Source: the human T2T-CHM13v2.0 reference genome, Homo sapiens. From it: a stretch of DNA of 64,000 nt. The stretch's first letter is position 1. Each line of letters begins with the position of its first letter. Location: NCBI RefSeq assembly GCF_009914755.1, contig NC_060935.1; one strand, written 5' to 3'. A program made the position numbers and the translations under genes. Below, piece by piece: positions 39,158-54,161 of the stretch. Below the pieces are notes generated by a model, which was not told where the DNA came from, searched no databases, and worked only from the letters and a program-made list of their open reading frames with translations.

Positions 39158-39919
39158 GGGTCCCGCAGTCATTGTGGCTTCAGACAATTGTTGGTGTCTT
39201 TTTTGCTCCAAATACCTTTTGCCCTTTGCTGCCCAGTTCTCAATTGTACGTTATCTGTTCCCTGTTGAAATGAAGCTAAGAACAAGAATTCAGGCAAGTG
39301 CTTTCATAGTGAGAAAACATAGTTATAGTTCTTGACCTCAACAACTTATTTATTTTATTTGGGGACAATTTCAGCTGAACTGAAAGGCTGTCACTCAACA
39401 CAGCTTCTATTTATCCACATGTTCCTTGGCTAACCCATGTAGAAGATAAAACCTCTTTACCAAATTGCTATTGTAGAGGTTAGAGATCTTGGTCTTTTAA
39501 AAGATAGCTCTCTTTATTTCACTGCCTTAAGCTAAGGTTCCAGGCTTAATGATCTGACATGTTAGTTTGTAGAATTTTATCTGGCAAAGATACGACTAAT
39601 TTATTTCTGTGCAAAAGGTAAAACCAAAAGTTACATTTTGCCCTGTAGGACATTCATTTTGCATCTGACCTGGAAATCTCATCCTAAGAATTTTTTGCTG
39701 AATTGTCTATAAATACACTTTCAACTGGTCTTAACATCTTACTGTTTCTCTAATGAACTGAATAAAATCTATGATATGTTCACTTCACATTTGTTTTATT
39801 ATTCCTATCAGAGAATAATAATAAAACATGAGGGTCATGGTCTTAACTTTTTAAAGATTTTGCTTTAGCGGTTTTAGAAAGTGTTCCACCAAGATACTTA
39901 CTTAAGTAGACTAACCTGA

Positions 39920-39981
39920 CAGACAAGGGAAGGATAGGGAGGGAAATCAAGACTAGAATTAGAATAAAAATACCTGAGTCA
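39920..39981 (+). repeat. 62-bp dispersed duplicate of 42217-42278 (1 mismatch), flanked by a 10-bp direct repeat
   Basis: CAGACAAGGGAAGGATAGGGAGGGAAATCAAGACTAGAATTAGAATAAAAA(T/G)ACCTGAGTCA at both sites. Confidence 0.96.
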
Positions 39982-40149
39982 ACTAAACTGAATGACTTGA
40001 AAGGACTACCTCAGGGTTTTTTTAATCTCAGGCACATCTCTTCCTGACTCCCCGAATATATTGTAAGCAGCAATACAACTTTAACATTGCTTACCCTGTT
40101 TCTCTAAGTTCATTTGTTACTTTTTTCCGATTTGTAGTATTTTTTTTTT

Positions 40150-40950
40150 TTCTGGTTCGCAGATGGACTACAGGTTTGTCTCTATTGGTAGCAAAATTGA
40201 TAAAGTATTTGGCTTTATGATGCTACCATTTGGGATCTCTGTCAAATGATGATATTTATTTTCTGTTAGATAAAGGTAGAGAATCTGATTTGATATAATT
40301 TGTTTGCCTCTGTATCAATTGTGAGCTCAAATCAATTAAGAATTTTGTGCCTGCTGGAAAAAAGAATACATCTTTAGGATGTGGACTGGAAGGTTTATAT
40401 ATTGCTCTGTTTATTTTTAACCTCAGAACTGAAACTATAGAGCTTTCTCTGTATTTCTGTAATTGATAAAAACTTTATATCTTTCACTGTATAGGTATGA
40501 AATGTTTTCCTACCCTAAGAAGATATTGATAAATTAGATTATAACATTTTTAAATTGAAGAAATTCTGCTCTCATAGAGAGATAAATACATTTTTATAGA
40601 AATTAATGTTTCCCAAATTCAAAGAAATAAGAAAACTGAAATAATATTATAGTTTAAATATTGTAGACTTTAAAAATCTCTAGAAATTCCTAACTCAGAA
40701 ATATTTTTACTTAATAATACAAGTTCACATAACTAAGGTGAATCTTTGTACATATCAAATCAGTTTAATAATTTTGATTTTTAAAAAATAAAAGATAGGT
40801 ATAAGCTTTTTCCATAAGTTTATCAGTATGGAGTATAATACAAGTATATACTTTATTTTTAAATAAGATTTGGGTTTGTTTTGTCATGAAAAGTTCAGTT
40901 ACTCTGAGGTTTCTAAACTTCTTATGCTGTTTATTCATATATCAGGGAAG
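40150..40950 (+). mobile_element. Possible degraded ERV1 (MER4-group) internal sequence
   Basis: AT-rich stretch with CAGAACTGAAACTATAG and CATAACTAAGGTGAATCTTTG...GTTTAATAAT...TTATCAGTAT...TATAATACAAGTATATAC, reminiscent of non-autonomous ERV1 internal regions. No LTR pair identified. Confidence 0.35.
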
Positions 40951-42224
40951 CCAATATTACTCCTACAAAATGTAACATAGGGAATGGACCTTCTAAGGAA
41001 ATACTAAGTTTGTATCTGTGTGTATGTGAGCTAAGCCCTTGAAATAAGACTTAAGGGCTACCATGGATGTGATGCTTTAGAATTTCTGAGGTGCTTCTCA
41101 TTAATTATCAAGCATAAAATATAACAGAGGGGACAAACATGCAGTGTTTACTACTATTGGGTAGAAAATAAAATTATTTTATTTAATTTTAATCTCAAGA
41201 AACAGGTATTGCAAATATTATATTCATTTTATTGAGAAGAGTGAGTCAAAAACGTTAAGTGACTTAGAAGATAACCCAGGTAATAAGTGGTGAACCTAGA
41301 AAATAAGAGATACAAAACACATCCTTCTAGCCAAGTGCTTTCTCCATTATAATAGTGGACTCTATATTTTGAGGACTACAAACTTTTAACAATATCTACA
41401 TTTTGAGCATGCATCCCCTAACATGTAAATATTTGTTCACTTGCTTTATGTGTAATATTCATCTATCACATATACTATAAAAGAAAAACAACCATTTTAC
41501 ATTTTGAGATATAAAAACATAGAGGAGTTCTACCCTTTTCTCCCCATAGCAAGTGAATCATCCTTATACACTTGAGGGAATGTGCTATACATTAATTTCC
41601 CATTTATAATTTGTATTATTACTTATTTGTATTATTACCTATTATCTCAGTATATGACCAGCTTGGAGCCCCAAAGATCAAAGGAGATATGAAGAATCTA
41701 GAGAAAAATGGATTCTCTCGTGTTGGCCCTAACTCCTCTACAGTTACCATTTCAGAAATATAGTCCTTATTTTTGCCTAGAAGTCTAGGTTCCAACACAT
41801 TTGTCACCCTCTCGCTTGGCTAATGTGCCCAAAATGAAACATATTGCATTTGTAGCCTTTGGGCTCCACAGTGTGCTCTGAGTTCTGCTAGGACAACTAG
41901 TGTTTATGTAATCAGAAAGGCCTTGACTATGGAAACGAATCACCTCTTCCTCCAAGTTGAATGTATTTATTTTTTATGCTTATCTTCAAAACCTTTCTGT
42001 GAGGTGTGGAAATCAGATATTATTTTCCATTTAATGGGGAAGAATCCTGAGGCTCAATATTAAGTATTATTTGCCTAATACACTTTAAATAGTAAACTAT
42101 TAACAAAATTGTGTTGAATGAATGAATGAATGAGGCTAAGGAGCAGAACTATTTCTAAAATCTAAGTTGTCCAACTTCTAGTAGTGATGGATATTTTTCT
42201 TAAAATGCAATTGCCCCAGACAAG

Positions 42225-42430
42225 GGAAGGATAGGGAGGGAAATCAAGACTAGAATTAGAATAAAAAGACCTGAGTCAGGTTCTAAGTCATTTCTTAGCT
42301 TTCTTACTTCAATAAGTCACTGAGCCTTAGATTCCTTAGATTCTGTAAAATGGTGTATTTAATACCTGTGCAGCCCATCTCAGAAAGCTGTTAACAAAGT
42401 CAAACTAGGCAATCCATATAAAATTGTCTA
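42225..42430 (+). mobile_element. MIR SINE relic
   Basis: AAGACCTGAGTCAGGTTCTAAG...AAGTCACTGAGCCTTAGATTCC...CTGTAAAATGG. Confidence 0.65.
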
Positions 42431-42714
42431 AGAATCTTATTTCCTAAATCCCCTAGATGACTGAGAGGTAGGACTTTTTTCAAAATACCTGGATCAAGAA
42501 AGCCGTAAGTATGAAATATATTTATCAGCTATTCTGATAAAAGTATTCATCAGAATTAAGGGCTTCATTCTTCATCCAGTCACAAAATTGCATTATGATA
42601 AAAACTTTTATTCAACATGCAATATGAACTCATCACCAAATGTTATAAAAGCGTCCAAGATGTTAGGAGTCACTTCAAGGTAATTACAATCTATTTCTGA
42701 AAATTTATTATTAT

Positions 42715-43040
42715 AATTTATTTTTTATAGCTCTGGAGGCTCAGGGTTTGGTTTCTTCTGGGGCTTCTCTTTTTTGCTTACAGATGGCCACCTTCTCCTA
42801 TGTCCTCACATGGTCTTTTCTTTGTGAGCATGCATCTGTGGTGTCTCCTTGTGTGTCCAAATTTCCACCTCTGATAGGAACATCAGTCACATTGGATTAG
42901 GGCCCACCCCGAAAACGCCATTTTTACTTGATCACCTCTTTAAAGGCCCTATCTTCAAATACAGCCACATTCTGAGGTACTCGGTTTTAGGATTCCAATG
43001 TACATATGAATTTTGAAGGGAGACTGTTCAGCTCATAACA
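42715..43040 (-). mobile_element. MLT1B/MLT1C-type MaLR LTR (partial)
   Basis: GATGGCCACCTTCTCCTATGTCCTCACATGG...ATTGGATTAGGGCCCACCC...ACATTCTGAGGTACT...TTCAGCTCATAACA. Confidence 0.87.
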
Positions 43041-44139
43041 GAAAGATAATCTAAAAATGCATGTGTGACAAAGATGAAAAGATAAGACAGAAAACTATGC
43101 TGTATAAATTCTGATAAAAGATAATTACCAAGGATTGAAGAGACTTATGAGAACATTTTTAGAGAAAATGAGATTGTGGTGGGTTTTGAAGTAGAGAGAA
43201 ATAAAAGAGTGGGTGCTTGCTCACAGGAAGAACAATATGGACATTTGATAGGAAAAAGGATGTAAGTGAAGTACTTGCCTTACATGGCTTATCTGCCCCT
43301 GCTGCATCTCAAGATAATAAATAATAGTATTTACTATTATGGGTAACATTTCAGGTTATAAAATATTTTCATTTACATTCACTTGATCATAGTATTCACC
43401 TCCTAATAATCTATATTACAGCAACCTAGGTGTACTGACTCCAAAACAAGTTCTTGCCACCACATGGCCTTGCCCGAGCATTATAACTTTTAAAATAACA
43501 TTTGATGTCCCACTTTATACCCTTGGATAAGGTAGAGCTGAAGTGATCTGGATATCAGATGTCAAGAAGGAATGAAAACAGGATAAAGCAAATGTTATTC
43601 GAGTTGGGGGCCAAATAAACACTATGCTATTCAAATAAACCCTAAACACAATGGGTGTCTGAGCTATTTTTATTGTATGTGTTAAGATGTAATTAAGAGT
43701 TTTTTTCTCTTCATATTTTTCCTGTATATATTTGAATCTAGAGAATCCAAGTCATTCTAAAAGATGTCACTCCTGTCAGCTTCCAGCTATTTTGTATAGT
43801 GTTTAATCAACTGATGAAGTTGGGTGCATGTCTTAAGATATGAAGTCATTTTGTCTGATTTGAAGTTCCTTTATTATCTATGTGATATATACTGTATATG
43901 TATTCTGTACCAGGAATGCATTTATAAATTCTTTCCTCAGCAACAGCTAAGATTTTTTACAAACTCAACATTTAAAATATTTAACTAGCATAAAAGAGAT
44001 GGGACATGATCAGATAGCTGGAAAAATATTACTTAAGCCATTATTAAAAAGGTCAGGATATCAGGTGTCACATGGGTCTGTAGGCTGGCAAAGCTACAAA
44101 GATAAAATTATACAGAATAACTTCATCAAAGACTTTATT

Positions 44140-44348
44140 TGAAACTTCTTGCTCATCTGGTAATATATCCTAAAATGCATACCGAAACATGTACCTTACA
44201 AAAACCAATTATACTTTTTAGTAATATATCCAAAAATAAATAAAAATAACCAGAAACCTAGAGAGATGTTTATGTATAAAAAAATTATTAGACTAATATG
44301 TATAAAAGCCAAAGGGTGGTCACATTTCTGACAATATGGAAATTATTA
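44140..44348 (+). mobile_element. Very old L1M (L1ME-like) fragment, split by the L1PA3 and resuming at 50510-50560
   Basis: CCAATTATACTTTTTAGTAATATATCCAAAAA...CAATATGGAAATTATTA|ACTAAGTTATGATGCAACCATAG...CATTAAA. Confidence 0.5.
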
Positions 44349-44595
44349 TTATTTTTTAAGGTGATTTGTTATTTCTTTTTTTTTATTATTATTATACTTT
44401 AAGTTTTAGGGTACATGTGCACAATGTGCAGGTTAGTTACATATGTATACATGTGTCATGCTAGTGTGCTGCACCCATTAACTCGTCATTTAGCATTAGG
44501 TATATCTCCTAATGCTATCCCTCCTCCCTCACCCCACCCCACAACAGTCCTCAGAGTGTGACGTTCCCCTTCCTGTGTCCATGTGTTCTCATTGT

Positions 44596-48436
<3,841 letters not shown>

Positions 48437-48484
48437 TTATTTTGCTCGTTAGTTGATGCAGTTTCTTTCTAGTCTCGATGGTCT

Positions 48485-49499
48485 TTACATTTTGGCAGGA
48501 TTTTGCAGTGGCTGGTACCAGTTGTGCCTTTCCATGTTTAGCGCTTCCTTCAGGAGCTCTTTTAGGGCAGGCCTGGTGGTGACAAAATCTCTCAGCATTT
48601 GCTTGTCTGTAAAGTATTTTATTTCTCCTTCACTTATGAAGCTTTGTTTGGCTGGATATGAAATTCTGGGTTGAAAATTCTTTTCTTTAAGAATGTTGAA
48701 TATTGGCCCCCACTGTCTTCTGGCTTGTAGAGTTTCTGCTGAGAGATCCACTGTTAATCTGATGGGCTTCCCTTTGTGGGTAACCTGACCCTTCTCTCTG
48801 GCTGCCCTTAACATTTTTCCTTCATTTCAACTTTGGTGAATCTGACAATTATGTGTCTTGGAGTTGCTCTTCTCGAGGAGTATCTTTGTGGCGTTCTCTG
48901 TATTTCCTGAATCAGAATGTTGGCCTGCCTTGCTGGATTGGGGAAGTTCTCCCGGATAATATACTGCAGAGTGTTTTCCAACTTGGTTCCATTCTTCCCA
49001 TCACTTTCAGGTACACCAATCAGACGCATATTTGGTCTTTTCACATAGTCCCATATTTCTTGGAGGCTTTGTTCATTTCTTTTTATTCTTTTTTCTCTAA
49101 ACTTCCCTTCTCGCTTCATTTCATTCATTTCATCTTCCATCACTGATACCCTTTCTTCCAGTTGATCACATGGGCTCCTGAGGCTTCTGCATTCTTCAAG
49201 TAGTTCTCGAGCCTTGGCTTTCAGCTCCATCAGGTCCTTTAACACTTCTCTGTATTGGTTATTCTAGTTATACATTCTTCTAAATTTTTTTCAAAGTTTT
49301 CAACTTCTTTGCCTTTGGTTTGAATTTCCTCCTGTAGCTCGGAGTAGTTTGATCATCTGAAGCCTTCTTCTCTCAACTCGTCAAAGTCATTCTCCGTCCA
49401 ACTTTGTTCCATTGCTGGTGAGGAACTGCGTTCCTTTGGAGGTGGAGAGGCGCTCTGCTTTTTAGAGTTTCCAGTTTTTCTGCTCTGTTTTTTCCCCAT
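48485..49499 (-). pseudogene. L1 ORF1 (RNA-binding protein), frameshifted
   Basis: ATG at 49499 (ATGGGGAAAAAACAG). Fragments 48808-49245 and 48485-48814 (RRATPRHIIVRFTKVEMKEK; NFQPRISYPAK). Confidence 0.95.
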
Positions 49500-49621
49500 C
49501 TTGTGGTTTTATCTACTTTTGATGTTCAATGATGGTGACGTACAGATGGGTTTTTGGTGTGGATGTCCTTTCTGTTTGTTAGTTTTCCTTCTAACAGACA
49601 GGACCCTCCGCTGCAGGTCTG

Positions 49622-50035
49622 TTATAGGAACAGCTCCGGTCTACAGCTCCCAGCGTGAGCGACACAGAAGATGGGTGATTTCTGCATTTCCATCTGAGGT
49701 ACCGGGTTTATCTCACTAGGGAGTGCCAGAATGGGTGCAGTGCACTGTGCGCCAGCGGAAGCAGGGCGAGGCATTGCCTCACCGGGAAGGCAAGGGGTCA
49801 GGGAGTTCCCTTTCCTTGTCAAGGAAAGGGGTGACAGATGGCACCTGGAAAATCGGGCCACTCCCACCTGAATACTGCGCTTTTCCGACGGGCTTAGGAA
49901 ACGGCACACCAGGAGATTATATCCCGCACCTGGCTCGGAGGGTCCTACGCCCACGGAGTCTCGCTGATTGCTAGCACAGCAGTCTGAGATCAAACTGCAA
50001 GGTGGCAGCGAGGCTGGGGGAGGGGCACCCGCCAT
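49622..50035 (-). CDS. ORF0: L1 ORF0-type open reading frame, 137 aa
   Basis: N-terminus MAGAPPPASLPPCSLISDCCASNQRDSVGVGPSEPG is the primate L1 ORF0 sequence. The frame is open up to a TAA spanning the inversion junction. Expression is unknown. Confidence 0.75.
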   Translation of the reverse strand: MAGAPPPASLPPCSLISDCCASNQRDSVGVGPSEPGAGYNLLVCRFLSPSEKRSIQVGVARFSRCHLSPLSLTRKGNSLTPCLPGEAMPRPASAGAQCTAPILALPSEINPVPQMEMQKSPIFCVAHAGSCRPELFL

Positions 50036-50495
50036 TGCCCAGGCTTGCTTAGGTAAACAAAGCAGCCGGGAAGCTCAAACTGGCTGGAGCCCACCACAGC
50101 TCAAGGAGGCCTGCCTGCCTCTGTAGGCTCTACCTCTAGGGGCAGGGCACAGACAAACAAAAAGACAGCAGTAACCTCTGCAGACTTAAATGTCCTTGTC
50201 TGACAGCTTTAAAGAGAGCAGTGGTTCTCCCAGCACGCAGCTGGAGATCTGAGAACGGGCAGACTGCCTCCTCAAGTGGGTCCCTGACCCCTGACCCCCA
50301 AGCAGCCTAACTGGGAGGCACCCCCCAGTAGGGGCAGACTGACACATCACATGGCCGGGTACTCCTCTGAGACAAAACTTCCAGAGGAACGATCAGACAG
50401 CAGCATTCGCGGATCACAAAAATCCATGGTTCTGCAGACACCGCTGCTGATACCTAGGCAAACAGGGTCTGGAGTGGACCTCTAGCAAACTCCAA
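49624..50495 (+). promoter_or_regulatory. Inverted L1 5'UTR (CpG-rich sense promoter now pointing to +, antisense promoter to -)
   Basis: ATAGGAACAGCTCCGGTCTACAGCTCCCAGCGTGAGCGAC...GGAGTGGACCTCTAGCAAACTCCAA is L1PA 5'UTR sense sequence lacking roughly the first 20-25 nt. Confidence 0.92.
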
Positions 50496-50620
50496 TATGG
50501 AAATTATTAACTAAGTTATGATGCAACCATAGGATTAACTATTAAGCTACCATTAAATATTAGAGGTCCACGTAAACTCTCATCTTCAGTCTGGGAATCC
50601 TTCACCCTATAGCTCTAGAG

Positions 50621-50778
50621 CCTGGCTACTCAAAGTGTAATCTGTAGACCACTTGCATCAGCATCAGCTTGTTAAAAATGCAGAATCTCAGGTTGCTCCC
50701 CAGAGTGACTGAATTAGAATCTACATTTTAACAAAATCCCAGGAGGTAGCTATGCATATTAGAGTTTGAGGCATCATG
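50621..50778. mobile_element. MER5A (hAT-Charlie) DNA transposon
   Basis: CTACTCAAAGTGT...GCATCAGCATCAGCTTGTTAAAAATGCAGAATCTCAGG...TTTTAACAAAATCCCAGG...AGTTTGAG. NNCTAGAN-type 8-bp flanks. Confidence 0.88.
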
Positions 50779-51849
50779 ACCTAGAAGAAAAAGGAGTGTC
50801 ACGTATGTCTGATTTGCAAATAATAACACTAAGGCATAAATATATTCTCTGTGAGACGGAAGCCTAGGTGGGGCTACATTCAACTATCTTTTTAAAATGA
50901 TAATTTAACTGAGATAGTGCAAGTTTATTTACTGTTATTGTGTTTGGTAGAATTTTTCCAGAAAATAATTCACTTACTAATAGATAATAGCAAACTGGTT
51001 AAAAAGAGCATGAGTGAAAACATTTATCAGCTACTTTGTCCTCAGAATCTCTGGCTTCAACCTTATCTCTAAGCCCACTTAGAAAGTAGTTAAGTTGCCA
51101 CAAGGAAGTCATATGCAAGTCTTATAGTCATAGTGCAGCATTACAGACAAAACCAAGGAGAGGCAGCTCAGAATCCTTGTCAGGTATAAAAAAAGATTCC
51201 TGGAGGATGTGGTTCCACTTAAACTTGAAGGATGTTGTAACTACATAGTATTCTGAAAATTAAGACCAAGTATTACACAAGTTATGAGACCCCTTCAGTG
51301 CCTACTATCTGGATTTTCAAAAAGATTTTCCAATGTCTCAACTAAGACCTTATATATAATACCTTCCCTTTCACATGTTTAACAATCAGATGATTAAGAC
51401 CAAATATTGTCTCAAAAAAAGCTCTGAGAAGCATATTACTCTGACTTTTTATTCATGCCAGCCACACAATTATTCATTCATTTACCTTTGAGCAACTACT
51501 ATGTGCCAAGTACAATGGCTTTATGATGGAATGCTAAATTACCGCAATCCCCCATAAATGGCTGATCATCTAGGCAGACAAGTAGTAAAGTGACTGAATC
51601 AATTAAGTTCAATGTGAAATATGCCATCATATGGACATGATACAAATGCTTAATGGAAGTATTTATTTCATTCTGAGATAGGGAGAAGTGTAAGGTTTCT
51701 CAGAGATAGGAACACTCATCTGGCTTCTATTTACACCACTTTGTTAATACTCTCCTAGTCCAGAATATCAGAGCCATCTGATTTATTCTGCACCCCACAC
51801 CTAACAGAAAAAGATTAGTAGCTACCATACTCTGAATAACTGCTATAGG

Positions 51850-52602
51850 TGTTACAGTAGGTAGTTAGTCAGATATGAGCGGGATAGGAAAGGCTCCCAC
51901 CACCACTAGGAATGTCACGCAATTATCAGGTGATGGTCAGGTGGTTATTAAACTGTCTCTCTAAAATAATAATTGGCCACAGCCAGCACCAAGGAAAAGC
52001 GGTCTCCCAATAGGTAAAAACCGGAAATTGGTGATTAACAGCTTCCCAATAAAATCTCAGGAGTTGGGCAAGTGGACTCAAGAATGCACTTTAAGAGGCA
52101 AAATGGCAGAGTTTAACTGGTGTATTACCTACTATATGACCTTCTAGGGACATATGATTGGTAAGGGAAGAATGCCTCCAGTGAGCATGTGTACAGCTCC
52201 AGTAAACACATTGTGCATGCTCACCTCCCAAGTGCGGGTGGGCCACTGTGCATGCAGACAGCCCACCCTAAGGGAAAAATCAGGGGAGAAGGGATGCAAG
52301 ACCCCAGAAACATGCCAACATATAAAACCCGAAGTCAAAACGTCAAACGGTGCACTCGATCTCTCAAGTCACCTGCTAGGCCCTCTTCCAAGTGTGTTTA
52401 TCCTTGCTTTCATTCCTGCTTTAAAGCTTTTTGATAAACTTTCACTTCTGGTCTAAAGTTTGCCTTGGTCTCTTATTCTGCCTTTTGCCCCTCACTGGAA
52501 TTCTTTCTTCTGAGGAGGGAAGAATTGAGGTTGCTGCAAACCTGTACAGATTTGCTGCCAATAGAATATTTGGTGCTGTGTCTCCAATATGTTCCACTAA
52601 CA
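51850..52602 (+). mobile_element. MER50-type ERV1 solo LTR
   Basis: TGTTACAGTAGGTAGTTAGTCAGATATGAGC...CATATAAAACCC...GAATTGAGGTTGCTGCA...CCACTAACA. 4-bp TSD TAGG (51846-51849 / 52603-52606). Confidence 0.9.
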
Positions 52603-52639
52603 TAGGTGTCAGACCTTCTGGGTGTTGGCACACTTCTAC

Positions 52640-53320
52640 CCAATCTTTGCATCTCAGTTAATATCTCCAATTTCCATATAGTTGGTTAGGCTAAAAACTG
52701 AGGAATCATCTTTGAGTCTTTTCTTTTCCTCACCCCCACAATGAATCCAGTAGCAAATCTTCTCATGTTTACCTTTAATGTAAATTCCCAATCCCCACTT
52801 CTTTCCTGTCCACTGCCGCCACCAAGTCTAAGCCTCCATCACTGCTCACCTGGATTCTGCAAGATCTTCCTATATGACCTGCCATTCCTTCTCTTGCTCC
52901 TCATCAGATGTTTCTTCTCACAGTAGTTAGAGAAATTCTTGCATAATACAGACAAAATTGTACTATTCCCTGTCCTAAAGCCAGCTGATGTCTTCCCATT
53001 CACACATGGAATAAACAGAGTGTCTATTAGAACCTCCATGATTTGCTCCTGTATCCCTAAAACCTTACCACATGCCAGCTCTCCATTCCATACTGGTCAC
53101 ATTTATATTCCTGATGTACTTTCTCATGGCTGAGCTCTTGCTTGTCCTGTCTCTCTGCCTGGAACTCCTATTTATCTTGCTGCTAGAATGACTAACTCTC
53201 ATTCTTCTGGTTTTAACTTAATTACCATTTCAGAGAGGCTTTTCTAAAATAGTATGCCCAAGCCCTACCCCATTATACTGACTATATCATCTTGATTATT
53301 TTCTTTATACAACTTATCAT
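52640..53320 (+). mobile_element. LINE-2 (L2a-like) fragment
   Basis: Pyrimidine-rich L2 sense body (GAATCATCTTTGAGTCTTTTCTTTTCCTCACCCCCACA...CTCACCTGGATTCTGCAA...CTCTGCCTGGAAC). Confidence 0.78.
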
Positions 53321-53752
53321 CAAGTTATCAAATGCAATGGCTTAAAGAAGAGGATTTATGGTTCCCTATAATCTCTATCAGCACACATAAAGTCAAGTCA
53401 CATAACATAACATCTACATTACAAGAATATGACTGTCATATTTCAAGACAACACTCCCAGCTGCCCACCATCATCCAAACAGGTTGCAGACCCTAACACC
53501 TATATAAAATGCTAGCAGTATCACTGATTATCCTCAAGTATTATTCTTTAACTCATTTATTATTTGTTTACTGTCTATCATACTATAATATAAGCTTTTG
53601 ATATACCTAACATATAGCACAATGCAGGAGCCAATAAATATCACATAAGTAAATAAATGGGTCAACTATACAGACACAGCTGTACTTATAATATCAATAG
53701 AATGTGAGGACCATGATCCATCCATTGCCTTTTGTCCCCTCACCCTTTAGCT

Positions 53753-54050
53753 ATTCATTAATTCCTTGATTCATTTAGTCATCAAATATTTAATAAAGAT
53801 TACATTTCTAAGAACTAGGAAGACAGAAGTGAACAAGACAAACAAAACCCCTGCCCTTGAGAATCTTATATTTTTCTATTAATTTAGTTGGAAAAGACAG
53901 ACAATAAATACAACACATAAATAAACTATATAGTAAGTTAAATATGTCATGAAAAAAATAAATTAGGGTGAGGAAATAGGAAGTACAAAGGGAAGGGTGC
54001 CAAATTTAAACAAGGCAGTCACGATAGGTGATACGTGAGCATAGAGCCAA
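53753..54050 (-). mobile_element. LINE-2 (L2a-like) 3' end
   Basis: ATTCATT...CAAATATTTA...GTGAACAAGACAAACAAAACCCCTGCCCTTGAG. Confidence 0.75.
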
Positions 54051-54161
54051 AGGGTGTAAATTGCAGATTCAGTTTTCAGAATGGGTTTTACTAAAATTGA
54101 TTGCATGCTTGGATCTTAGTCATAGAATAGTGGACCAGGAAGGCATCTTAAAGATCTCTGA

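Noticed and set aside
40140-40180. Possible 11-nt micro-exon (poly-T...CGCAG|ATGGACTACAG|GTTTGT)
   Set aside because: Weak donor, frame-shifting length, probably in or next to degraded ERV sequence.
41675-41684. Perfect TCF/LEF word AGATCAAAGG
   Set aside because: A single isolated motif with no supporting cluster.
52144-52670. Cluster of six short ORFs
   Set aside because: Inside or overlapping the MER50 LTR; no retroviral gag/pol/env similarity.
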